Below, piece by piece: positions 10,145-19,441 of a stretch of DNA of 64,000 bases. This DNA is from an uncultured Acidobacteriota bacterium (GTDB lineage Bacteria; Acidobacteriota; Vicinamibacteria; Vicinamibacterales; 2-12-FULL-66-21). The notes beneath the pieces were generated by a model. It worked only from the letters and a program-made list of their open reading frames with translations. It was not told the origin of the DNA and ran no database searches. A program made the position numbers and the translations under genes. The stretch lies in the NCBI GenBank assembly GCA_963784195.1, contig CAWARA010000031.1, positions 124,113-188,112 on the forward strand, given 5' to 3'. The first letter of the stretch is position 1; every line of letters starts with the position of its first letter.

Positions 10145-11391
10145 TGCCCGCGCTGCTGCTGGTCCTCGCGATGGCGGCCGTCTACGTGGGGACCATTGAG
10201 ACGGCGTTCAGCTCGCTCATGCGGCTATCGCTGCGGCTGATGGCCGAGCGCGGCGGCCGCAACGATCGCCTGGGCTTCTATCTGGACGATCCGGTCCAAC
10301 TGTTTCTCCCGGCCCGCCTGTTGCTCGGCCTGATCTTCTCGCTCGCCACGGTCGTGATCGCCGTCATGACCGGCCGCACCGGCTTCCAATCCATCGGCAT
10401 GCTGTTGCTGTTCGTGGCGGTGTTCATCCTGGTCTTCGAGCACATCCTGCCGTTGTTGATCGTGCGCCGGAATCCGGAGCGCGCGCTGGAGCTCCTACTG
10501 CCGCCGTTCGACGTGGCGGTCAGCTTCCTGCAGCCGCTGACGAGCTGGCTGATCAACCTGATCATGGACAAGAAGGACCGATCGCCTGGTCCGCCTACCA
10601 CGGTCGAGGAAGAGCAGCGTGAAGCGATGCGGCAGTTCCCGGAGCCGTCAGAGGAGCACGTGCTGATCGAGCGCGAGGAACGCCGCCTGCTGCAATCGAT
10701 CGTCGATTTCGGCGATACGCTGGTCCGCGAGGTCATGACCCCGCGCCCGGACATCGTCGCGATTCCCTCGGGTGCGACGCTGGACGAGCTGCGCGCGCTG
10801 TTCCGGGAGCAGGAATACTCGCGGATTCCCGTCTACGAGGAGAACCTCGACAACATCCTCGGAGTGGTCTTTGTAAAAGATCTGATCATGCTCGGCGACG
10901 AGGCAACAGGTTCACCGCCCATCGTGTCGCTGATGCGGCCCGTGTCGTTCGTGCCCGAAACCAAGCGGGTGCCAGAGCTGCTCAAGGAGTTCCAGCGCCA
11001 GCGCGTGCAGATCGCCATCGTGGTCGATGAATACGGCGGGACTGCTGGACTGGTCACGCTCGAAGACCTGCTGGAGGAGATCGTCGGCGAGATCCGCGAC
11101 GAGTACAACGTCGAGACCGAACCGGTCGTGGACGAAGGCAATGGGTCGTGGGTGTTCAGCGCGAAGGTGAATATCGACGAGGTTCGGGAGCGGCTCGGCG
11201 TGGCCATCGAGCTGGATGGCAGCGAGACGGTTGCCGGCTTCGTGCTGACACGGGTCGGCCGCGTGCCGAACCCCGGCGAGACGTTCGATCTCGATGGTCT
11301 CGTCGTCGAAGTCCTGGAAGCAGACCGCCGCCGGATTCACAAGGTTCGCTTCCGCCGGGCGCCGCAGCCCGCCGAGCTGGAACCGCGCTGA
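10141..11391 (+). CDS. CNNM/CorC-HlyC family transporter (DUF21–CBS pair–CorC_HlyC), YbeX-like
   Basis: N-terminal TM DUF21 region, two CBS domains, and a C-terminal transporter-associated domain (GGTAGLVTLEDLLEEIVGEI). It is the third gene of a ybeZYX-type operon. Confidence 0.85.
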   Translation: MMPALLLVLAMAAVYVGTIETAFSSLMRLSLRLMAERGGRNDRLGFYLDDPVQLFLPARLLLGLIFSLATVVIAVMTGRTGFQSIGMLLLFVAVFILVFEHILPLLIVRRNPERALELLLPPFDVAVSFLQPLTSWLINLIMDKKDRSPGPPTTVEEEQREAMRQFPEPSEEHVLIEREERRLLQSIVDFGDTLVREVMTPRPDIVAIPSGATLDELRALFREQEYSRIPVYEENLDNILGVVFVKDLIMLGDEATGSPPIVSLMRPVSFVPETKRVPELLKEFQRQRVQIAIVVDEYGGTAGLVTLEDLLEEIVGEIRDEYNVETEPVVDEGNGSWVFSAKVNIDEVRERLGVAIELDGSETVAGFVLTRVGRVPNPGETFDLDGLVVEVLEADRRRIHKVRFRRAPQPAELEPR

Positions 11392-11394
11392 CGG

Positions 11395-11556
11395 AATGGG
11401 CGATGGGCGATGGGCGATGGGCGAAGGCGTGAAAGACAATAGGAAGCCTGACCCATTGCCCATGGCCCATTCCCAATCGCCCATTGCCCATCGCCCATTG
11501 CCCATCGCCCATTGCTCTCCGCCCATTGCCCATTCCCAACGCCCATCGCCCCATCG
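11395..11556. repeat. Heptanucleotide tandem repeat array: (ATGGGCG)~4, about 25-bp spacer, then inverted (CCCATYG/CGCCCAT)~14
   Basis: Read directly: gaatgggcgatgggcgatgggcgatgggcga ... cccattgcccatggcccattcccaatcgcccattgcccatcgcccattgcccatcgcccattgctctccgcccattgcccattcccaacgcccatcgcccc. The forward and inverted arrays can pair into a long hairpin. It lies between the corC stop and the era start. Confidence 0.85.
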
Positions 11557-11570
11557 GCAGGAAGCGTGTG

Positions 11571-12494
11571 ATGGCGGCTGCGCCTCGCGCGGGATACGCG
11601 TCCCTGATCGGCCGGCCCAACGCGGGCAAGTCCACGCTCCTGAATCAGATCATCGGCGAGAAGATCGCCATCGTTTCCGACAAGCCTCAGACCACCCGCA
11701 ACCGGATACTCGCCGTCAAGAACGTGGAGGCCGGCCAGATCGTGTTCGTGGATACGCCGGGGATCCACCGGCCGCTCCACCGCCTCAACGTGCGCATGGT
11801 CGATGCGGCTGTGGACACGTTGCGCGAGGTCGACGTCGTCGCGCTCGTGTTCGATGCATCGACGCGGCCGGGGAGGGGCGACGAGTACGTCTCGAATCTC
11901 CTGCGTGGCGCGCGCACGCCTGTCGTGCTGGTGCTCAACAAGATCGATCTCGTCACCAAGCACAAGCTCCTGCCGCTCATCGAGCAGACGCAGAAATGGC
12001 ACGACTTCGCCGCGATTGTGCCGGTGTCTGCGGTCACCGGCGACGGTGTCGATCGGCTCGAGCGCGAGCTGCTCGCACACTTGCCCGAGAGCGATCCCAT
12101 ATACCCGGACGATTTCCTCACCGATCAGCCAGAGCGGGTCTTTGTCGCCGAAGCGGTGCGCGAGAAAGTACTGAAGCACACGCGGGCCGAGCTGCCATTT
12201 TCCACGGCAGTCGTGGTCGATCAGTTCGACGAGACCGAACGCGATCGCCTGCTTCGCCTCTACTGCACGATCTACGTGGAGCAGGAGTCGCAGAAGCCAA
12301 TCGTGATCGGGCGAGGTGGGGAGATGCTGAAGCGCATCGGCACAGAAGCCCGCCTGGATCTCGAGCGCTTCTTCGATACCAAGGTCTTTCTCGACTTGCG
12401 CGTCAAAGTCAACGCCGACTGGCGGAATGATGACCGCACGCTCGACGAGCTCGGCGTCCCCCGCACAACCCGCAGACCAACTAAGCGCCGATAG
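11571..12494 (+). CDS. era: GTPase Era
   Basis: G1 GRPNAGKST, G3 DTPG, G4 NKID, and a C-terminal KH domain. ATG 11571 is preceded by 'aggaag'. Confidence 0.9.
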   Translation: MAAAPRAGYASLIGRPNAGKSTLLNQIIGEKIAIVSDKPQTTRNRILAVKNVEAGQIVFVDTPGIHRPLHRLNVRMVDAAVDTLREVDVVALVFDASTRPGRGDEYVSNLLRGARTPVVLVLNKIDLVTKHKLLPLIEQTQKWHDFAAIVPVSAVTGDGVDRLERELLAHLPESDPIYPDDFLTDQPERVFVAEAVREKVLKHTRAELPFSTAVVVDQFDETERDRLLRLYCTIYVEQESQKPIVIGRGGEMLKRIGTEARLDLERFFDTKVFLDLRVKVNADWRNDDRTLDELGVPRTTRRPTKRR

Positions 12495-12642
12495 CGCACC
12501 CACCGGTCAACGATGAGCGGGGCGAATCTGACGTCGGCTGGCCGGTCACTATCTGTCGCACCTCAGCAGATCGCGCGGCGCTCTCAACATCCAACGTCTT
12601 TGGTTAGCGGCCATGAATGCCGGAGCATGTCGACCCGCTTAG

Positions 12643-12840
12643 GGGCCCGCTAACGAGCTCCGTCCGGTCCTGCCTACGTGCGACGGGCGCTCGAGTCTGT
12701 TGTTCGAGCTGCCCGCGTGGGACCCGGCGACGATCGCCTCTGCCTGTGTCGTGCTCGTGATCGTGGGCCTGGGTGCCGCGTTGATGCCTTCGAGGCGCGC
12801 GGTCAGGATCGATCCCATCGCTGCGATGCGGACGGATTGA
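12643..12840 (+). pseudogene. Relic C-terminal fragment of an FtsX/MacB-like (ADOP-type) ABC permease
   Basis: A 65-codon open frame with no canonical start encodes '...LLFELPAWDPATIASACVVLVIVGLGAALMPSRRAVRIDPIAAMRTD*'. This matches the last TM helix plus the characteristic PARRA.R.DP..ALR.E C-terminus of FtsX-family permeases. Confidence 0.4.
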
Positions 12841-12853
12841 GCGGCGACTTGCT

Positions 12854-13723
12854 TCAGCGCTGCCCACCCTGCTCGGTGAGCCGGGCCTCGAACGCCTTCT
12901 CCGTTCGCTCGATGGCGGCTCGGCAGCCCTGCGGATCGATGAACGCGTCTTCACCTTTCCCGCCGGCCGCCGCTTTCGCTTTCTCGAGCCCGTTGAACGC
13001 CGAAGCATGTGCCGAGAGGAACACCTCGCACGTCAGCCCCTTCTGTACGCGGAAGCTCTTGCGGAAGTCGCTGACGATCTGCGGGTACTCGCGGTTGTCC
13101 ACAAGCTTCACCCCATCGTTGACAGTCGTACTGCCCAGAACAACGACGTGACGCATCCGGCCGTTGCGATCCCGGGCCATCATCGTCCAGGTGGTTGTTC
13201 CTTTGGTGTGACCCGGTGTGATGCGCGCGGTCAGCGCGATGCTGCCGACGGTGACGACCTGGCCGTCATGGAGCTCGCCATCGACCTTGACCTTGGGGAA
13301 GTAATAGTCCGGCCCGAAGTGAAAGTCGCCCCTGCCGCCTTCGCGAACCAGGGGTGCGTCCTGCGCTGAGACCAGAACGCGGGCGCCGCTCGCCTCGGCC
13401 AGTCGCGCGTGCGCACCTACGTGATCGAAATGCGCCTGCGTCGTCAGGATGATCCGCACGTCCTCGACCTTGAACCCGGCCTGACGGATGCCGGCCATCA
13501 CCGCATCCGCGTTCTTCTCATGGCCGGTATCGATCAGGACATGGCCGGCCTCGCTCGTGATCAAGAACGACGACAGGTCCTCCGTTCCGACGTAGTAGAT
13601 GTTGTCGATAACACGGAAGGGCTGAGTTCGATTGGTCCAGGTGTCCGGGATCGAGACACTGCCGGTCTGGTAGAGAATGGCGCAGAAAGTCAGGATTGCA
13701 GCGAATATGGGCACGTTGGCCAC
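12854..13723 (-). CDS. Subclass B3 metallo-beta-lactamase fold hydrolase, secreted
   Basis: Motifs TQAHFDHVG (Q/HxHxDH), GHTKGTTTW, and an N-terminal signal peptide. The GTG start at 13723 has an AAGGTGA Shine-Dalgarno; the six-frame track extends to 13849. Confidence 0.75.
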   Translation of the reverse strand: MANVPIFAAILTFCAILYQTGSVSIPDTWTNRTQPFRVIDNIYYVGTEDLSSFLITSEAGHVLIDTGHEKNADAVMAGIRQAGFKVEDVRIILTTQAHFDHVGAHARLAEASGARVLVSAQDAPLVREGGRGDFHFGPDYYFPKVKVDGELHDGQVVTVGSIALTARITPGHTKGTTTWTMMARDRNGRMRHVVVLGSTTVNDGVKLVDNREYPQIVSDFRKSFRVQKGLTCEVFLSAHASAFNGLEKAKAAAGGKGEDAFIDPQGCRAAIERTEKAFEARLTEQGGQR

Positions 13724-13769
13724 ACTATCACCTTTCTGGAACCTCCTGACCGAGCCGTCTGAATACCAG

Positions 13770-14426
13770 ATGCCGGCGTCGAAACCGGCATCGAGGAGTG
13801 AGGCGGCTCTGACCCACGGACTGCCGGACGACGCGTTGATGGCCCGCATCGTGGCGGGTGATGCGCTGGCTTTTACGGAGCTGTTCAGGCGCCGTCAAGG
13901 CGAGGTGTATCGGTTCGCCCTGCACATGACCGCCTCGCCGCAGATCTCCGAAGACGTGACGCAGGACGTTTTCATCGCCGTGATGAAAGACGCTGCCCGT
14001 TACGACTCCGCGCGGGCGCCGGTGATCGCCTGGCTCTGTGGCATCGCCAGGAACTTCGTCCGGCGCCGGCTCGAGCGCGATCGTGCGCTGCTGCCGCTGG
14101 TGGACGACGACTCGGGCCTGGAACCGGAACTGCCCGCGGTCCTGGAGCATCCGCTCGACGACTTGACGCGCGCAGAGCGAATCGAGGGACTTCGCCGTGC
14201 GATTCTGACCCTCCCGCTGCGATACCGCGAGGTTGTCGTGATGTGCGATCTGCAGGAGATGACTTACGTGGATGCCGCTGAGGCAGTCGGATGCGCGGTG
14301 GGCACGGTTCGGTCGCGCCTCCATCGTGGACGAGCGCTGCTCGCGAGCAAGCTGACGGCGACCGGGCTGCCGGTTGAGGATGGTGGCCGGAGGATGTCCC
14401 TCCGTCGCGTGAGGTGCCTCGCATGA
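13770..14426 (+). CDS. ECF (sigma-70 family group 4) RNA polymerase sigma factor
   Basis: Region 2 (FTELFRRRQGEVYRFALHM...DVTQDVF) and region 4 HTH (LPLRYREVVVMCDLQEMTYVDAAEAVGCAVGTVRSRLHRGR). Divergent from the B3 MBL gene. Confidence 0.85.
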   Translation: MPASKPASRSEAALTHGLPDDALMARIVAGDALAFTELFRRRQGEVYRFALHMTASPQISEDVTQDVFIAVMKDAARYDSARAPVIAWLCGIARNFVRRRLERDRALLPLVDDDSGLEPELPAVLEHPLDDLTRAERIEGLRRAILTLPLRYREVVVMCDLQEMTYVDAAEAVGCAVGTVRSRLHRGRALLASKLTATGLPVEDGGRRMSLRRVRCLA

Positions 14427-15187
14427 CTTGCCATGAGCTGCGCGACGCGCTCGTCGATCACGCGCGTGGTGCACTGAACGGGGTTGGAAGCCGGGCGGCC
14501 ATCGAGAGTCATCTCGAGCACTGCCATGCGTGCGCCACCGAGTTTGCCCGCCAGCGTGCACTGAGTGAGGGCCTGCGGGCGGTCGCCAGGGCGTCCGCAC
14601 ACGAGGCTGCGCCGGCTGCGCTCGAAGATCGGCTGATGTCGGCCTTTGCCTCTCATCACTCTGCGCAACAGCCATCGGCGCCGGCCATCAGGCGCAGGCT
14701 TTCACCCTGGTTGGCGGCGGCCGCGTCGATTGTCATCGTCGGTGGGGTGTCGTATGCGGTGATGAATCGGGTGAAGCCGGAGGGGACGGAGGGCACGGAG
14801 ACGGAGGTGGTCCGGCTAAAGCCGGACACTACGGCGGCGAACGACGGGGTCAGGCCGAAGCCGGAGGCCACGGAGGTCCGGCTGAAGCCGGACGCTACGA
14901 AGGCCAACAGTGTCAGGAGGGCGGGCTCGACTACAGGGCCGAGGCCCGGGCTGAGGATGGACGATTTCGTGGCCTTGCCAGGCGCGGTTGGCTTGCCGAC
15001 GTTCGAGAGCGGGCGAATCGTGCGCATCGATCTTCCAGTGTCGTCGCTCCCGGCCTATGGCGTGGAACTCGTGCCTGACGCCGCCCGAAGCGAAGTGCAG
15101 GCCGATGTGCTCGTCGGGCAGGACGGCCAGGCTCGAGCGATTCGACTAGTGGCGACATCCAGCGCCCGGAGCGGGGTCAGACCATAA
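14423..15187 (+). CDS. Anti-sigma factor with N-terminal zinc-finger (zf-HC2: H..HL..CHAC) and one TM helix
   Basis: The ATG overlaps the sigma-factor stop (ATGA at 14423-14426). It has HLEHCHAC, a TM segment WLAAAASIVIVGGVSYAV, and periplasmic tail repeats (EVVRLKPDTTAAN / EVRLKPDATKAN). Confidence 0.75.
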   Translation: MTCHELRDALVDHARGALNGVGSRAAIESHLEHCHACATEFARQRALSEGLRAVARASAHEAAPAALEDRLMSAFASHHSAQQPSAPAIRRRLSPWLAAAASIVIVGGVSYAVMNRVKPEGTEGTETEVVRLKPDTTAANDGVRPKPEATEVRLKPDATKANSVRRAGSTTGPRPGLRMDDFVALPGAVGLPTFESGRIVRIDLPVSSLPAYGVELVPDAARSEVQADVLVGQDGQARAIRLVATSSARSGVRP

Positions 15188-15216
15188 GGAGCAGAGATCT
15201 TGGAAGGAGCCAAAAA

Positions 15217-16131
15217 ATGAAGCGCGGAATTCTCTGTGTCGCGGTCATAGCCGGCGCCGTGGCCACGGTAACGGCCCAGCAGCGCGGAGGTGGCGGTATG
15301 ACGGCCACCGCAGGGGCGGGGGAAGCCCAGGTCCCGTCGAGCATGAACATTGTTCGCCCGCGCATGGCAGTCGAGAGCCGGATCACCAAGAACGCGCCGT
15401 ACTCCGGCGATGCGGTGAACGAGTTCGTTCAGACGCTGTCAGATGGAAACCGCATCACGCGCAAGACGGTGACAAAGACCTATCGCGACAGCGAGGGACG
15501 CACACGGCGTGAGCAGACCATCACCAATTGGAGCACCGGGGCCGAGACCACGACGATCATGATCGGGGATCCCGTAGCCGGACTGAGCTTCGTCCTCGAG
15601 CCGGAGACGCGCACGGCTTACCGCGAGACGCAAATCGTGGCGAGAGCCGTGCCGTCGACGGACATGCCAGCTCCGGGTGCGCGGGGTGGTGGGGGCGGAC
15701 GAGGTGGTGCTGCCGTGAGGTCCTACGGACCGGAGGGCTCGATGGTCACGACGCTGCCGACCCCGGTGCCGCCAGGCGGAGCGGGGGGCGTGGCCGGTGT
15801 CAAGGTGCCGGACCCTGGCGCCACCACCGAACAGCTCGGCCAGAAGATCATCGAGGGGGTGCCCGCCGATGGCACCCGGACGACCACCATCATTCCTGCC
15901 GGCTCGATCGGAAACGAACAGCCGATCAAGGTCATATCGGAGCAGTGGTTCTCGCAAGACCTGCAGGTGCTGGTTTCGACCCGTCACAGCGACCCTCGCA
16001 GCGGTGAGACGGTCTACCGGCTGGTCAACATCGTGCGGGGTGAACAGGATCGCTCACTGTTCGAGGTGCCGGCGGACTACACGATCAAGGAACCGCGCAT
16101 GCGACAGCCGCTGATGAAGCATCCCGAGTAA
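15217..16131 (+). CDS. Secreted hypothetical protein (Gly-rich, signal peptide), third gene of the sigma/anti-sigma cluster
   Basis: ATG 15217 with an AAGGAG Shine-Dalgarno. The signal peptide is MKRGILCVAVIAGAVATVTAQQ. No recognisable domain. Confidence 0.6.
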   Translation: MKRGILCVAVIAGAVATVTAQQRGGGGMTATAGAGEAQVPSSMNIVRPRMAVESRITKNAPYSGDAVNEFVQTLSDGNRITRKTVTKTYRDSEGRTRREQTITNWSTGAETTTIMIGDPVAGLSFVLEPETRTAYRETQIVARAVPSTDMPAPGARGGGGGRGGAAVRSYGPEGSMVTTLPTPVPPGGAGGVAGVKVPDPGATTEQLGQKIIEGVPADGTRTTTIIPAGSIGNEQPIKVISEQWFSQDLQVLVSTRHSDPRSGETVYRLVNIVRGEQDRSLFEVPADYTIKEPRMRQPLMKHPE

Positions 16132-16181
16132 CGGGGGGTACGCAAGAACAATCGCGTCCTTTCGGGGACGCGTGCGAAGGG

Positions 16182-16225
16182 CAGCCGCAGTGTAGTCCTC
16201 CTACCGCTGCGGCTGTCCTTTTTTG
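16182..16225 (+). terminator. Rho-independent terminator
   Basis: cagccgcag-(16-nt loop)-ctgcggctg followed by tccttttttg. It is preceded by a second hairpin, gcgtcctttcggggacgc. Confidence 0.7.
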
Positions 16226-16277
16226 CGCAGCTTTCATGCTACATTGGGCAGTTCACGTCTCTCAGGCCGGACTGCCT

Positions 16278-17648
16278 ATGCCCCAGCGCAAGCTCGATGT
16301 CGTTCTCGACTCTGTCAAGCGTCTCCTGCGCGTAGGGGCCACGGCCAATCTCGTCAACCTGCTGCACAAACAGCATCCCGCCGACCTGGCGCAGCTGTTC
16401 TCGGACCTGCCGGAGAAGGATCGCCGCTCGGCGTTCGCACTGCTCGTTGAACGGAACAGCAAGCTGGCGATGGAGGCCCTCAGCGAGTTGGGCCCGGAAG
16501 CTGGCGCAGCCCTGCTCGCGGATCGCTCTGCGGATGAGATCGTCAAGCTCACGCAGGAGCTGCCGTCCGACGATGCGGCAGCGATTATCGATTACCTGCC
16601 GGAGACGCTCGCGGCAGCCGTGCTCGAGTTGATGCAGAAGCGCCCGGCCGGCGCTGACGTCGGCGAGCTGCTCGAGTACCCAGAGCAAACGGCCGGCCGC
16701 ATCATGAACCCGAAAGTCTTCGCACTTTCGGAGGACATGACGGCCGGAGAGGCCATCACCGCGCTGCAGGCCGCCCGCGACGTCGAGATGGTCTTCTACC
16801 TCTACGTCATCGACGCCCGTCGTCACCTGGTTGGGGTCGTGTCGTTGCGGCGGCTCCTGCTCGTCGCCCCCTCGACGCCGCTCAAGCGGATCATGACGAC
16901 CGACATCATCAGCGTGCGGGCTGACATGGATCAGGAAGAGGTCGCCCGACAGGTCGCGTCCTACAACCTGCTCGCGATTCCGGTCGTCGACGAGGAAAAC
17001 AAACTCGTCGGCGTGATCACCGTCGACGACGTGATCGACGTCATCAAGGACGAAGCGACGGAAGACGTCTATCGTCTGGCCGGCGTCTCGAGTGACGACC
17101 GGGTCTTCACCCGCCCGTCCGAATCCCTGCGCAAACGCCTGCCGTGGCTCATCGTCAACCTGGCGACCGCCTTCCTCGCTGCCTCCGTCGTGGCGCTGTT
17201 TTCCTCCAGCATCGGCTACCTGCCCATGCTGGCCGTCCTGATGCCGGTCGTCGCCGGCATGGGCGGCAACGCCGCCACGCAGACGCTCACCGTGATCGTC
17301 CGCGGCATCGCGCTCGGCGAGCTGACGTGGGGGAACACGCGCAAGGCGCTGTTGAAGGAAGCGGTCGTCGGGCTCGGCAACGGCATCGCCTGCGGCCTGA
17401 TTGGGGCCGTCGTCGTGATGATCTTCAAGAACGACGTGATGCTGGGGCTGGTTCTCGGCCTGGCGATGGTGGTCAACATGTTCATCGCCGCGACCGCGGG
17501 TACGCTGATTCCGCTGACCCTGCGCGCGTTGAAAGTGGATCCGGCGCTCGCCTCGTCAGTTTTCATCACCACGCTGACCGACATGTTCGGGTTCTTTTCC
17601 TTCCTCGGGCTGGCCACGGTCTTTCTGAGGTATCTGAAGGTAGAATAA
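16278..17648 (+). CDS. mgtE: Magnesium transporter MgtE
   Basis: MgtE N-domain, two CBS domains, and the C-terminal MgtE TM domain (PWLIVNLATAFLAASVVALF...GGNAATQT). Confidence 0.85.
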   Translation: MPQRKLDVVLDSVKRLLRVGATANLVNLLHKQHPADLAQLFSDLPEKDRRSAFALLVERNSKLAMEALSELGPEAGAALLADRSADEIVKLTQELPSDDAAAIIDYLPETLAAAVLELMQKRPAGADVGELLEYPEQTAGRIMNPKVFALSEDMTAGEAITALQAARDVEMVFYLYVIDARRHLVGVVSLRRLLLVAPSTPLKRIMTTDIISVRADMDQEEVARQVASYNLLAIPVVDEENKLVGVITVDDVIDVIKDEATEDVYRLAGVSSDDRVFTRPSESLRKRLPWLIVNLATAFLAASVVALFSSSIGYLPMLAVLMPVVAGMGGNAATQTLTVIVRGIALGELTWGNTRKALLKEAVVGLGNGIACGLIGAVVVMIFKNDVMLGLVLGLAMVVNMFIAATAGTLIPLTLRALKVDPALASSVFITTLTDMFGFFSFLGLATVFLRYLKVE

Positions 17649-17671
17649 GCGATTGGTGATAGCGGCCGGGA

Positions 17672-17757
17672 CTGTCGGGGCTCGGGACTCGTAGCTCGGT
17701 AAGCTACCGATCCCGGCTCGTATCGATGAGAATGCGAGTCCCGAGTCCCGAGCACCG
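17672..17757. repeat. Intergenic nested inverted repeat built from GGGACTCG/CGAGTCC heptamer units
   Basis: gctcgggactcg (17680-17691) pairs with cgagtcccgagc (17742-17753). There is an inner tcggta-agc-taccga hairpin. The right arm is cgagtcccgagtcccgagcacc, which also occurs inside ybeY (9855-9900). Confidence 0.5.
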
Positions 17758-17773
17758 GAACGCATCGACACGC

Positions 17774-18520
17774 ATGCCAGTATTCAAAGCCGACGCGCTG
17801 ATTCTGCGCACCTACAAGCTCGGTGAGTCGGATCGGATTGTCGTCTTCCTGACACGCGACCGTGGTAAGAAGCGTGGGGTTGCGAAGGGTGCGCGGCGGC
17901 CGCGGTCGCGGTATGTCGGAGCGCTCGAGCCGATGACGCGCGCCGGCGTGGCGTATTACGAGCGCGAGCAACGCGATCTCGTGCGGCTGAATTACGTGGA
18001 GCCGGTGCAGTCGCCGCTGGCGGCGTCAACCGCGGAGGCGTTCGGGCACGTCGGCTACTTTGCGGAGTTGATCGATGAGTGGGCGCCCGAGGCCCATGCC
18101 GACGAGCGCTTGTTCCGGCTGGGTGCCTCGATCGTCGACGCGGTGGCGATCGGAAGCCCGGTCGACCATCTGGCGCGGTACTTCGAATACTGGCTGTTGA
18201 GGCTTCAAGGAGTCTATCCGGCGCTGGCGTGCGCAGGCTGCCAGGCGGCGCTGGCAGAGGGGTCGGTGATGCCACCGCGGGATTTCGTGTTCGTGTGCCG
18301 TCGCTGTGCGCCCGGAAACGGAGGCACCGACCTGTCGTCGGAGTCGATGCGCTTTCTGGCGGCGTCGGGGACCATTCGTCCGGAGCAGCTGGCGTCGGTG
18401 CCGCTCTCGACGGCCGCGTCCCGCCAGCTGGAAACGGCCCACCGGCGATTGATCAATCTGCATCTGGAGAAGGAGCTGAAATCGGCCCGGGTTCTTCGTG
18501 AGATGCGCCAGGCCCCTTAA
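17774..18520 (+). CDS. recO: DNA repair protein RecO
   Basis: N-terminal OB fold (ALILRTYKLGESDRIVVFLTRDRGK) and a C-terminal zinc-binding CxxC...CxxC. Confidence 0.85.
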   Translation: MPVFKADALILRTYKLGESDRIVVFLTRDRGKKRGVAKGARRPRSRYVGALEPMTRAGVAYYEREQRDLVRLNYVEPVQSPLAASTAEAFGHVGYFAELIDEWAPEAHADERLFRLGASIVDAVAIGSPVDHLARYFEYWLLRLQGVYPALACAGCQAALAEGSVMPPRDFVFVCRRCAPGNGGTDLSSESMRFLAASGTIRPEQLASVPLSTAASRQLETAHRRLINLHLEKELKSARVLREMRQAP

Positions 18521-18526
18521 GCGCGA

Positions 18527-19438
18527 ATGGTCACCCTGCAACAACTGAATTTCAGGCTGTCCGAGTTCTGGAGCTCGCGCGGCTGTCTCCTTCAGCTGCC
18601 GCTCGATATCGAAATGGGCGCCGGCACGATGCATCCGGAGACCTTTCTACGCGTGTTGGGACCGGAGCATTGGAGCGTCGCGTACGTGCAGCCCGCCCGC
18701 CGCCCTGCGGACGGCCGGTTCGGCGAGAACCCCAACCGGCTCTTCAAACACCACCAGTTCCAGGTCGTCCTCAAGCCCGCCCCTGACGAAGTGCAGCAGC
18801 TCTACCTGCAGAGCCTCGAGGCGTGCGGGATCGATCTGCGCGCGCACGACGTGCGCTTCGAGGAGGACAACTGGGAGTCACCGACGCTCGGCGCGTGGGG
18901 CATCGGGTGGCAGGTCCTCTTCGACGGTCAGGAAATCACGCAGTTCACCTATTTCCAGCAGGCGGGCGGCATCGACCTCGCGCCGGTATCGGTGGAGCTG
19001 ACCTATGGGCTCGAACGCCTGGCGATGGCGCTCCAGGACACGGATAACGTGTTCGACGTCGAGTGGGCGCCGGGGGTGACGTACCGCAGCGTCCGGCACC
19101 GCGACGAGGTCGAGCAGTCGAAGTACACGTTCGGTCAGGTGGACATGCCCAAGGCGGAGCTGCACGCCATGCACCGCAACCTGTTCGAGCAGTACTACAC
19201 GATGGCTGACATGCTGCTGCGGTCGGGCCTGATCCTGCCTGCGCTCGACTACTGTCTGAAGTGCTCGCACATGTTCAATCTGCTCGACGCCAGCGGCGGG
19301 ATCGGCGTCACAGAGCGCATGGCTTATATCCTCCGCGTCCGCCAGGTGGCCTTGCGTATCGCAAAGGCATGGGTCGAACCGGTCGAAGCGAAAGAAGGCA
19401 AGCCGGAAGAACCGGCTGGAGAGCGAGCGACGAAGTAG
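18527..19438 (+). CDS. glyQ: Glycine--tRNA ligase alpha subunit
   Basis: Highly conserved GlyQ sequence (FWSSRGC...[13 protein letters not shown]...[21 protein letters not shown]). Confidence 0.9.
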   Translation: MVTLQQLNFRLSEFWSSRGCLLQLPLDIEMGAGTMHPETFLRVLGPEHWSVAYVQPARRPADGRFGENPNRLFKHHQFQVVLKPAPDEVQQLYLQSLEACGIDLRAHDVRFEEDNWESPTLGAWGIGWQVLFDGQEITQFTYFQQAGGIDLAPVSVELTYGLERLAMALQDTDNVFDVEWAPGVTYRSVRHRDEVEQSKYTFGQVDMPKAELHAMHRNLFEQYYTMADMLLRSGLILPALDYCLKCSHMFNLLDASGGIGVTERMAYILRVRQVALRIAKAWVEPVEAKEGKPEEPAGERATK

Positions 19439-19441
19439 AGC

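Noticed and set aside
11294-12503. ORFs reading through the GGCGATG repeat arrays (products with PIAHRPS / WAMGDG repeats), including one antisense to era
   Set aside because: The repeat period of 7 nt gives a 7-aa periodic 'protein' in every frame. The real era start, with an RBS, lies just downstream of the array.
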